Of a stretch of DNA of 53,334 nucleotides, positions 1 to 11,425 are shown one piece after another. Source of the stretch: Nemertoderma westbladi (Eukaryota; Animalia; Xenacoelomorpha). Under the pieces are notes generated by a model. It saw only the letters and a program-made list of their open reading frames with translations, made no database searches and had not been told where the DNA came from. The DNA lies in contig JAUCBJ010001021.1 in NCBI GenBank assembly GCA_032718475.1, positions 1 through 53,334 on the forward strand, in the 5' to 3' direction. The first letter of the stretch is position 1. Each line of letters starts with the position of its first letter. The translations under genes and the position numbers were made by a program.

Positions 1-1200
1 CCCTGATAACAATTGCATGTTATTTTAACGTTTATATCACATTTTTATTGAACATGGCAAACGTTTGAAAAAACGTTTGCGACACGTCCAGAAATAGATC
101 ATTTTCATGTTATTTTGTCCAAGCGGGTGGCATGTAATAAACGTTTAGAAGTAAACGTGTAAATAGCATGAAACAAACGTTACCCAATCGCCGGTTCTTT
201 ATGACGTTTGAATTAAACGTGTGTCTAGCATGTGTAACTAACGTGAATCATGCGTCGGTTCTTTCGTAATTGCTTGGAAATATACGTTTTTTTAATGCAA
301 AGGAAACGTTTGTTTTAAACGTTGTAAATCGTTATTCTCTAAACTAATTTGGTCATCCATTGATTCGACCACCGGATTCTTCCCATGGTATGCAATTGTT
401 CGAATTAAGATAATTTATGTGTAAAACATGAATATTATTAAGCACAAGGTAGTAGTAGCACAGCACAACTTACAACACCTATTAAACAAATGAACTGCAT
501 TGCACAACTTTAAGTAAAATTGTACTGTAATACAGTATACATATAATATACAAAAGTGAAACAGAATTCCATTTGAACTGTAATAATATAGACCAACCGC
601 AGCCTTCTTTAACGCTATTTGGCCTGGGGGGGGGGGGGGGGGGGGTGAGGGTCATTTAAATTTTTTTGAAATTAATCTGTATCTTTGAAACAGATATGTT
701 GTGAAAACCGAGATTCTGTGACTTTTCCTAAAATTTTATAGGCTATCCATCAGAGCACAAAGGAAATTGTTATCCAATATTGAAATATAATAAATAGTTT
801 CAAAAATTTCCCTGTTCACTTCAATGTTCCAAAATCGCAAACCTCATCTTGGCGAATTAATATCCCGCCTCAATGTTAAATTCTCAATTTAGGGAAAGGA
901 GCAGGTTACAGTGGCACATTATTTTAACCAAAACAATAAACTAAACACAATAGAACAGGTTACAGTTTTATTTTTGAGAGAAATCAGACGTTATTTGCGT
1001 CGAATTTCCCCTGGAGAGGGATGAATTTTTATTGCGTCGAAAGCCCCCCCCCCCCCCCCCCCTCCCACCCACCCCGGGGCAATACATTGTAAAATAGACA
1101 ACAATTAACATTTACGATAAAACAAATTACAATTAAAACAACAATGTTGGGACGTCTCGGGGAGTTTTCAGTTACATTGATCATTCAGTTTCAGCCACAG

Positions 1201-1535
1201 CGATATCACTGAATCCGGAGTCCGTTCCGCCAAGGAACCGTCGATATCACTGAATCCGGAGTCCGTTCCACCAAGGATCCGTCGATATCACTGAATCCGG
1301 AGTCCGTTCCGCCAAGGATCCGTCGATATCACTGAATCCGGAGTCCGTTCCGCCAAGGATCCGTCGATATCACTGAATCCGGAGTCCGTTCCGCCAAGGA
1401 TCCGTCGATATCACTGAATCCGGAGTCCGTTCCGCCAAGGATCCGTCGATATCACTGAATCCGGAGTCCGTTCCACCAAGGATCCGTCGATATCACTGAA
1501 TCCGGAGTCCGTTCCACCAAGGATATCCGTCGATA
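1201..1535. repeat. 41-bp tandem repeat, about 8 near-identical copies
   Basis: Unit GTCGATATCACTGAATCCGGAGTCCGTTCCGCCAAGGATCC recurs at 1240, 1281, 1322, 1363, 1404, 1445 and 1486. Confidence 0.95.
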
Positions 1536-1762
1536 GCAAAGTGGAATAACTTTCCCGTTTCTTGGATCTGGAAAATTAATTTATTTATGTGTTAAAAAAA
1601 TATAAGGCTCGGACTAGGACTATATTAGACTAAGACTTCATCATCTACAATAAATATCTGTTAAAGAAATGTTATTTCATTAATATCTTCGTTGGCTATT
1701 CGTGTCATTCATTACCGGTATCTACTAGATGTAAACCTAAATAAAAATAAATGGGGAATTGT

Positions 1763-3110
1763 TGAGTGGCTGTCGCTGTGACTTAGCGTTGAGTGGCTGT
1801 GACGTAGCGTTGACCGTTGATTGGCTGTGACATAGCGTTGGGTGGCCAGCGTTGGGTGGCCAGCGTTGGGTGGCCAGCGTTGGGTGGCCAGCAATGGGTG
1901 GCCAGCGTTGGGTGACTGACATAGCGTTGGGTGGCTGTGGCATAGCGTTGAGTGGCTGTGACATAGCGTTGAGTGGCTGTGACATAGCGTTGAGTGACTG
2001 TGACATAGCTTTGAGTGGCTGTGACAAAGCATTGATCGGCTGTGACATAGCGTTGAGTGGCTGTGACATAGCTTTGAGTGGCTGTGACATAGCGTTGAGT
2101 GGCTGTGACATAGCGTTGGGTGGCTGTGGCATGGCATTGAGCGGCTGTGACATAGCATTGATCGGCTGTGACATAGCGTTGGGTGGTTGTGATGTGACAT
2201 AACTTTGGGTGGTTGTGGCATAGCGTTGAGTGGTTGTTGTGACAAAGCGTTGAGTGGCTGTGACATAGCGTTGGGTGGCTGTGACAATACGTTGAGTGGC
2301 TGTGACATAGCGTTGGGTGGCTGTGACATAGCTTTGAGTGGCTGTGACATAGCGTTGAGTGGCTGTGACATAGCGTTGGGTGGCTGTGACATGGCATTGA
2401 GCGCCTGTGAGATAGCGTTGAGTGGCTGTGGCTGTGACATAGCGTTGGGTGGCTGTGGCATAGCGTTGAGTGGTTGTGACATAGCATTGAGCGGCTGTGA
2501 CATAGCGTTGGGTGGCCAGGTTGTGATGTGACATAACTTTGGGTGGCTGTGGCATAGCGTTGAGTGGCTGTGACATAGCGTTGAGTGGCTGTGACATAGC
2601 GTTGAGTGACTGTGACATAGCTTGATGGCTGTGACAAGCATTGATCGGCTGTGACATAGCGTTGAGTGGCTGTAACATAGCTTTGAGTGGCTGTGACATA
2701 GCGTTGAGTGGCTGTGACATAGCGTTGCGTGGCTGTGACATGGCATTGAGCGGCTGTGACATAGCATTGATCGGCTGTGACATAGCGTTGGGTGGTTGTG
2801 ATGTGACATAACTTTGGGTGGCTGTGGCATAGCGTTGAGTGGTTGTTGTGTCAAAGCGTTGAGTGGCTGTGACATAGCGTTGGGTGGCTGTGACAATACG
2901 TTGAATGGCTGTGACATAGCGTTGGGTGGCTGTGACATAGCTTTGAGTGGCTGTGACATAGCGTTGAGTGGCTGTGACATAGCGTTGGGTGGCTGTGACA
3001 TGGCATTGAGCGCCTGTGAGATAGCGTTGAGTGGCTGTGGCTGTGACATAGCGTTGGGTGGCTGTGGCATAGCGTTGAGTGGTTGTAACATAGCTTTGAG
3101 TGGCTGTGAC
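1763..3110. repeat. 21-bp minisatellite with a higher-order (~609 bp) duplication and a shorter-unit variant block
   Basis: Unit GTGGCTGTGACATAGCGTTGA. The variant GATGTGACATAACTTTGGG recurs at ~2191, ~2525 and ~2800. A GCGTTGGGTGGCCA block lies at ~1836-1912. Confidence 0.95.
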
Positions 3111-5467
3111 TTCTGTCTCGCCCAACTTCTGTCTCTGCTTCCAAAAGTATAAAAAAGCGTCTCGATATATAAAATATCGAGACTGGAAAAATATTTCGAG
3201 AAAATATCGCCATGGGATATATAGTGGTAGCTTAGTGAAAGGGTTTGGTTAGGTAAGTCTAGAGTTTAGTGTTGTCTTAGGATAGGGTTAGGTTGTAGAT
3301 AGAGGGAGAGGCGGTATCACAACTCACCTCTGAGTATCAATGATCCAAGTATTGTTAGTTGTCTGGGTAATCAGTGTGAGTATCGTATTGGAAACATGAT
3401 TGGATTCATTGTCGCTCATATATCTGTATATTCCACCTAAAAGGATAATAATATATACATATAGCATTGCAGCAATTAGATCAACGTGCACAAGTCACCA
3501 CAACCCATCACAGACTGTTTCACATTGACACTGCACTGGGGAATAAAGCAAACATTTACTTACCTACCATAGATAGCCAGAGTAAGGCATGTTTTATTTT
3601 AAATTACAGTTTAAGCATATGCACGATCTGACGATTTATAAACGGCCCAAAGTACCAAGTGGACCTAACCTAACAGCAAGGCCTAGTACAGTAGTAGTAA
3701 GTAAAATAATAACCTCATCGCCAGAATCTGATGCGTATCTTTTACCTGGGACTGGGACCGCATGTGTAATTTACTTCCGGCCGCCGGCGCTTTTTCCCTC
3801 TACAGCTCTATTTGATCCAAATAGATTACAGGATTAGGATTTTCATCACTTGAATCACTGAAATAACGATATGTAAGAAGCCTATTCAAGTTCAATACAA
3901 ACCTGTTAAGTGAAGAACCTTCGCATTAAATGTGGGCCAACTTGACAGTTGACAGAACGCATCTGGATTCGAAAATTCTTTCCAACGTACCGTAGTACTA
4001 GTAGGCCGGCATTTCGAGGAGGCCATAATATTTTTCCAGTCAGCCAGTGCAGCCCTTGCCGCTTGCCTGTTGTTTCGACCAACCAGAGCCAGGAAGACAG
4101 AGCCCAATCTAAACTCACCAAACTGTCGTCGTCATCGAATTACTGGCACTGCACTGCCTGACTCGCATTACATACAGACATATTAGGCCTACTGTATTAC
4201 TACAATACAATAAGGCTAGGCTGCTAGGCCTATATAATGTACAGATATATGACAGTCAGACAGTATGAAGCTTGATTAAAAATAACTTAAACAGTCAGAC
4301 AGTTAATATAGGCATACGGCAGTAAACAAACATATGGCCAGATCGCAGTATGGTCAACCCTATTGCAGCACTTAAACCAGTAAACAGCTGGCCTACACTG
4401 CAGCACTACTGTCAAGCTCTCAGAATGTGGCTGAGTGCTGGAGTCTGGGCGTGGGTGCTGGTAGGCTGGGGCAGGCAGTGGAGTGTCTACTGACTGACTG
4501 ATGTACTGCAGTACTGCATGCACTGCCAGATGCTGCATGATTTACTGATTTATAGGCCTATAAACGAATTTGGCGGTAAATTTTAGGCGGTTTATTCAAA
4601 CAGCCTTAAGACAGATTGGCAATGATGTGCAGGACGTTTGTTCAACACGACAAAGTAGCATTTAACAAACAGCTGGAATAAACATGTATGATTTATGTTA
4701 CACAATAACGTGTAAAACAAATGTTAAATAATTACATGATAAAACATGTTACATTTAGGTATCATAAAAACGTGATCAACAAATGTTTGATTATAACATG
4801 ATTGAATATTATGTTATTTAGATGTTAAAATAACATGTTGATTAAAACAAGTTTAGAAAAAAAACATGTCAACATGATTCAAGCATATAAACGAACGTTT
4901 GGTATAATAACGTGTAGCGTGTCTGGTTAGCAGGGCTGTGGGCGTTTTTTTAATGTAAATTTTCATATTATAGCTCGTTATAGGTGGTTATAGCTTGTTT
5001 ATAGGAATTTATAGCCAGTTATAGATCGTTATAGCCCGTTATAGATCGTTCTACCTTTTAGTACGTACCCTACATCTGTCTGTCTGTACAATAGACTGTA
5101 CATGTCCCTACAGCACTAGGCCTACTGCAGTACTGGAACAGGCTGACAGGCAGACTGCTGGACTAGTTAACAGGTACAGGCCTAACCGAACAGCTGATCG
5201 GGCAGCTCTGATCAGGTAATTTATTTTGGAGGATATGGAAAACCGCCATTTAATTTAAATATGTAATTGACATCTTACAGTTGTATGATTAAATCCGGTA
5301 CTTTCCCAAGTGTGTTATTTTTTGGTGTAGATTTTAATTACAGCTGTGTTCGCCTATGTTCCGCCTGTATTCTATTGTGTTCTGCTGTGTTCTACTGTGT
5401 TCTGCTGTGTTCTGTAAAAAGATATATCCGATGGTTCTGAATTCAATTAGTATAGCAAATTCAACAT

Positions 5468-6560
5468 ACAGTATCACTTAAACAGCTGCTGTTTGTATCA
5501 GTACAACCCAAACAGCTGCTATTTGTACCATTATCACACAAACAGCTGTTGTTTGTACCAAACTGCTTCTGCTTATACCACTATCACCAAACGGCTTCTG
5601 TTTGTACCAAACTGCTTCTGTTTGTACCTGTATCACCCAAACAGCTGCTGTTTGTACCAGTATCACTCAAACAGCTGCTGTTTGTACCAGTATCAACCAA
5701 ACAGCTGCTGTTTGTACCAGTATCACCCAAACAGCTGCTGTTTGTACTAGTATTACCCAAACAGCTGTTGCCTATACCAGTATGATCCAACCAGCGACTG
5801 TCTGTACAAGTATCACCCAAACAGCTGTTGTTTGTACCAGTATCACTCAAACAACTGCTGTTTGTACCAGTAACACCCAAACAGCTGCTGTTTGTATCAT
5901 TATCACACAAACAGCTGTTGTTTGTACCAAACTGCTTCTGCTTATACCAGTATCACCAAAACGGCTACCCAAACAACTGCTGTTTGTACCAGCATCACCC
6001 AGACAGCTGCTGTTTGTACCAGTATCACCCAAACAGCTGCTGTTTGTACCAGTATCACTTAAACAGCTGCTGTTTGTACCAGTAACACCCAAACAGCTGC
6101 TGTTTGTATCATTATCACACAAACAGCTGTTGTTTGTACCAAACTGCTTCTGCTTATACCACTATCACCAAAACGGCTTCTGTTTGTACCAAACTGCTTC
6201 TGTTTGTACCTGTATCACCCAAACAGCTGCTGTTTGTACAAGTATCACCCAGACAGCTGCTGTTTGTACCAGTATCACCCAAACAGCTGCTGTTTGTACC
6301 AGTATCACTCAAACAGCTGCTGTTTGTACCAGTACCAACCAAACAGCTGCTGTTTGTACCAGTATCAACCAAACAGCTTCTGTTTGTATCAGTATCACCA
6401 AAGCGCTGCTGCTGTATGTACCAAACAGCATCTGTTTGTACCAGTATCACCCAAACAGCTGCTGTTTGTACCAGTATCAACCAAACAGCTGATGTTTGTA
6501 CCAGTAACAACTTAACAACTTTTGCTAGTATCAGTATCACTTGAGCAGCTGTTTGATCCA
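5468..6560. repeat. 30-bp minisatellite directly 3' of the TTC39 stop codon
   Basis: Unit ACCAGTATCACCCAAACAGCTGCTGTTTGT with internal variants. It explains the many repetitive ORFs called here. Confidence 0.95.
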
Positions 6561-6992
6561 GTTCACAGGCCCCGCTGATTCATCCCCAGACGGCCGACGG
6601 CTGTGACCCGATGTCCTTTCAGCAGGTCCCCCTTGATTAGAAGCCGCACCTTTTCCCATTTCCTGGCTGAGTTTCACAATCTCTGTTAGAGCTGCATGAA
6701 CCCGGAAATGCAACCTTGATTCCAATGCAAAATGTTCGTATTTAGATTTTGCTTTGTTAAGCATTTTCTTAGCTTCACTGAATCGATTTGTTTCTATGCA
6801 AATGAGAGACATTTCCACCAGCGTATTCGGAAGAAGAAATCTATCGAATCGTATGGATTTTTCTAATCCAATAATCTTTTCAAAATACTCTTCCGCCTGA
6901 GGTAAACAGTCCTTATTGTGCCTCAGACACATTCCTTTTAGAAGGTAGATAAGGGCTTTGTTATCCGCACACCAATAATTGCTATCATCAAT
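6537..6992 (-). CDS. TTC39B: TTC39-family protein, last coding exon
   Basis: Acceptor ttttcactgtag|ATT at 6993, phase 0. It translates IDDSNYWCADNKALIYLLKGMCLRH...YEHFALESRLHFRVHAAL, matching the TTC39 C-terminal signature. The A/B/C paralogue assignment is uncertain. Confidence 0.85.
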   Translation of the reverse strand: MDDSNYWCADNKALIYLLKGMCLRHNKDCLPQAEEYFEKIIGLEKSIRFDRFLLPNTLVEMSLICIETNRFSEAKKMLNKAKSKYEHFALESRLHFRVHAALTEIVKLSQEMGKGAASNQGGPAERTSGHSRRPSGDESAGPVNWIKQLLK

Positions 6993-7834
6993 CTACAGTG
7001 AAAATAAATTAATAGTTATTTTCAGTAATAATGTTTACTAACTATAATACCGTTATGTTCTGCACCACAACAAAACCCTAACGCTTCGTCCTGCGTTGCA
7101 TAATATATTCACTCACTAATTAATGTGTTAGCATCATTGCTCTAACTCCATTATGCAGTTGTAAAATGCTAATCAACATATCATGGAGCAGTTTCGTACA
7201 GCAAGGAAGTACTTGAGGCCCCCTGTGCACCCTATTAAACTGTGGGCTCCTGTCACTGGTGGCAGCTTCACAAGCCCTACTGGCCTAGTAAACAGTTTTA
7301 GTGAAAAGGATAATCAATTACTGCCCAGTGAAACGCCTAAGTAAGCCTAATAGCCACAGGGCACTTCTCGTAGCCGGCGTAAGTAATAGATTAGTTGGTT
7401 TCCTAGAACGATCAGCACCATAATATTGGAAATGAGTATTTGTGAAACTGGATGTAATGTACAGTAATTTGGTGTAAAGGTAATTTTCAAAGTATTAAAT
7501 AAAGTTGAAGTATATCAGAGTATGTAGTTGAAAACGGATGCCTTTGTGCTTGCTCGTATGCTCTTTCGCTCTTATATATTTTATATCGGCGTTCTATGTT
7601 ACTTTACAACCCCCCCCCCCCCTTCCCCCTTATGTAATTCTCATCTATTATTATGGTTATTATTAAGGACTTTTCGGTACCAATTCATTCTTTTATTATT
7701 TATTAAAGTTGTATTATCAGCGCTAACCCAATTCATTTATTTATACACACTATAACATTAATAAACACACAAACCTAAATAGTTAATAATTTTCTAGCAC
7801 TTACACGCATGTTTCTATTACCAAGCAAACTTAC

Positions 7835-9133
7835 CTTTGCTAATGTTTCATCGACAAGTTCGATTACAGGATTAAACAATTCCGGCTTCTTCGAAATAAT
7901 CCTAAATCCGTTCCACAGGTAGATTAGTTCCAGCCCGGGTAATGGTGATGGACCAAGTTTGGCGAACTTCGTGCATTTGTTAATGGCATACTTCTCGAGT
8001 GGTAAGCTTTTCCCTGCTATTCGTTGCTTTAGTTTCGGAACGTCATCATAGAAGTTAGCTATTGCAATCTCATTATCATCTCCCTTGTTACACATTTCGA
8101 GAATAACAGCGTTAAAAAACGTATAGCTAGCCTTACTCCAGACGCTCTGTCGGCGTAGTAGATCTGCGTAGATGAGAGCTTTACCCCAATTGAGACTCAG
8201 AATGTGATTCCACATAAGTTCCCAATAGCAGGCATGATGGAATTGTCTCCAATCGTTCTGTTTATTGATACAATCCTCGAATAGTGCAATGGATGCTTCA
8301 ATGTTTCCTCGAATTTCCTCGATTCTTCCTGCATAGAAAAGAAACAGAACACCGCCTGGATGCTGATCTAAACAGGTGTTGACAACATCATTTGAGTATT
8401 CGAGGTCGCCTTCTTTGTTTTCTAGAAGGATGACCAGGAAGTTATGGTACGCGAGGATAACGCAAGCAGCTAATTCCATGCGAATACTAGTTGTAACTCT
8501 AGATTGTTCGAGGCTCTCCAATCCATATAATTTATCCCCTGAAAAACCAACGAATTCTAAAAGTTTCAAAATTCTTGTCGGAAGCATAGAAATGAATAAA
8601 TTAAACATGCCTATCCCCAATTTTACCCCGCCTTGGAACTGATCTTTCAGCGCGTCCGTTTTCCATCGTCGCGTGTTCAATATACGGAGACATTCCTTGT
8701 AACACTGGTAACTGCAACGGACCTTCCAGCCGCCACGAATGAAACTCGCAAAGTTTTCATCCTGTGTGAATGTAAGAACAGCTCTGAGTAGGAGACATTC
8801 AGCATAGATGAGCTCGGCATGGCATTCTTCTTCGGTGTATTTGTTATAATTCGGTGGGATCACAATGTGTCCGATAGTCGCGGTCACTGTGTGCTGCTTA
8901 CGGAATCGCTGACAAACTTGGCTGCATTCCCGCAAGGCTTTCATTGCCACTTTCATCTCATCCGTAGTGAATGTCAATGCAGCTTGCATATAAACAATCA
9001 TACCATATCCGAAGGCTGGGTAGACAGCTCTGTTGCGAATTGCTTTTAGGTACTCCTTGGCTTCCATAAAGCGATTACTGTAGAACATTCGCATCGCCTT
9101 TTCTGTCTCTTCAATCGATGTTACGATATCCAT
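7835..9133 (-). CDS. TTC39B: TTC39-family (IML2/DUF3808 TPR) protein, main 1299-nt exon
   Basis: Motifs HAELIYAECLLLRAVLTF, GGVKLGIGMFNL, LLEFVGFSGDK, CYWELMW and RIAGKSLPLEK. Acceptor ttcttgatgcag|ATG at 9134 and donor AAG|GTAAGT at 7834, both phase 0. Confidence 0.92.
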
Positions 9134-10833
9134 CTGCATCAAGAAGAGATAATGTTATATTAAATAACTTAAATTAAATTGTGAATTATGTACAGTATGT
9201 TTAACAAAGTTAAACACAATTTAAATTCTAATGGTTGATTATTGATCATGGTTGATAGTCTTAAAGACAATGTATCATAATAGGAGAAATTATAGACCAC
9301 TCTTACATGTTATTTGAGTATTCCAACATAAAACTAAAAAAAATATTAGAAAGCCCCCCCCCCCCCCCCCCCTCGCTTAAGATGATTTACTATTAAGTAG
9401 TTGTAGGCAGGTTATTTATGTTTATTTACAAGTTTTATCATGTTTTAGTATGTTTTATTACAGTTATTGTTTATTATTTCAGTTAACTATCATCAGCCTC
9501 ACATAATATAGGAGACTATAAAGGATGGTGAGACTATTCGGCTTTGTGAGTTAGTGTGGGTCCCATCCTGCTTTACCTGTAACAGCCAAATAAGCTTTCG
9601 GGTTATCTCCGGTGTTTTTTGTTTCATATTTACCTATCACCTTTGCTTTACTTTTACTTTAATTACTTTAATTAAATGATGCTATTTTTTTAACTAGTTT
9701 AACTAAATATAATGATTTAATAAATGCATATTGCAAATTCTAAATATAAAGTTACCAGGCGGGTAATTCAAACTTAATGGTGGTTGAAATTAATAATTAG
9801 GCCACCCAGAAGTAGAACTACTTCTTAAACTACTGAAGGATTTACAACAAATTTTGGCGGCAAACTTATTGCACATAAGAACTATATAGCCTTAATACTG
9901 TATTATCTAAAAATTAGCTAAATTTGTAATTTCTAATTGAAACCATACTCAAGTATTTAAATAATACAAAAAAAAATCTGGCAGTGTGTAGTGATAGTGG
10001 CAGTGATAGTGAAAATTGTACCCCACTGGGATTGGTAATGCGTTTATTATTATTATTATTATTATATATACATAAACATAGAAGTATGGGAATGGCAGGG
10101 AAATATGGGGTATATTTGAAGGGCGAATGTAGTGTCCATTGCAATCATATAACATTGCCTGCGATGAAATCCAAAATGAAGCAGAGTACAGGCCTATCTC
10201 ATTAAGTATTGAGTGGAGACCGCTATGTCCCATGCAATTTGCTTTCCAACTACTCCCCTTGAAAGTTGAAGTAGCCCCTGCTAGCCGCAACCAAATGATA
10301 AAAATTGGATGAACAATTTACGTGATTCATGGTAAATAAAGTGGACTAATAACTAATGGATTGCCGTCGATGATCAACTGATGAATATAAATTGACATAA
10401 TAATTCAAAATTCAAAACTTCCACAAACATGAATGACAAACCATCACACAACTGAATAAATGCACCAAAGTAGTTATTCAAACAGTCGTTTCGAAAAACA
10501 GTCCACCCTAAAAATCGTTTTCGCTACAATTCTAGAATAAAATGTATAGAATCAATATGAATCCTGCTTTGGGTTGGTTGTACAATTTGGAGACAAGTCA
10601 GTGAGTTCTGTTGGTCCTGGTTCGGTTAATCACAGTTAGTGTAAGAGCTGACTTTGCTTCTCTCAAAGACCATCCATCCATCATATTTAGTGCCAATGTA
10701 TTTACGCATTAATTGTCATAATTTTTAATATTATGTACAATTTACAGAACACTCAAATAGCATACTGGCACAAAATGAATTTGTTTTAATCCATTTTAAA
10801 TTATGATTTATATTTTATTATTTTAATAAATAA

Positions 10834-10875
10834 ACCGCTGATGACGCCCGAGGAGGAGTGAAATGCGCATACGGT
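10834..10875 (+). ncRNA. Degenerate minimal type I hammerhead ribozyme (possible Penelope pLTR remnant)
   Basis: ACCG-CTGATGA-(imperfect stem II)-GAAA-TGCGCA-TA-CGGT, followed by AATAAA. Stem I is ACCG/CGGT and loop III is palindromic. Confidence 0.5.
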
Positions 10876-11164
10876 GAAATAAACATATTATTTATACACG
10901 TGGTGAAAGACCCTTAATATAAATTAACTTATTCGTTTGTAATGTCAAATATGGAAATTCTATGTAATGACTTTAGGGAGGTTTTATGGATTTGATGGCA
11001 ACAATATTTCTTATATTAATTTTCATAAACTATTGATAAAGATCAAGTTTGGGATGGAAATTTTATTAAAGTTAAGAAATTGCGGTAATAATATTATAAA
11101 TCAAAATATTAAAATCTTCCCTATTTATCATCTTTACCTTTCTTGATTCATAACCTGCTACTAC

Positions 11165-11425
11165 TACTAATGTAGCAGGACACTTGCAGGACATTGCTTT
11201 CGCCGTGAGGACCAGTCAGTGCATAATCTTGTGCTTTGGCGTCCTCATGGACGGAATAAGCATGGTGGACAGCCCATGACATTCTTGATACGCATCTTAA
11301 AGAAACTTGCCTTGAAGATGCGGATGATCTAGCAAATGTCATGGGTGATAGGGAGTTGTGGCGGCGCAATTTTGTCGACAAGCCGGTACAGCATTATTAA
11401 AAATGCAGCTGCAATGTAGTAGTAG
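11165..11425 (+). mobile_element. 3' fragment of an RTE-like LINE
   Basis: Closely similar to 18980-19255 (GCAGGACATTGCTTTC...CATGGTGGACAGCCCATGAC...GTAGTAG). Confidence 0.7.

Larger units (their letters stand above)
1..4935. mobile_element. Putative non-autonomous CACTA/EnSpm-like DNA transposon
   Basis: Ends CCCTGATAAC (1-10) and GTTAGCAGGG (4926-4935) are 9/10 inverted matches. Both subterminal zones (1-330, 4630-4920) are rich in short palindromes (AACGTT, AACATGTT). No transposase is seen, and the left flank/TSD lies outside the window. Confidence 0.45.

Noticed and set aside
1201-1535. 41-bp array as CRISPR
   Set aside because: Head-to-tail repeats with no unique spacers.
1712-3213. 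Overlapping long ORFs on both strands
   Set aside because: They arise from a stop-poor 21-bp repeat, and the frame switches within the array. Not called as CDS.
5478-6544. Cys/Thr-rich ORFs
   Set aside because: They are translations of the 30-bp minisatellite in several frames.
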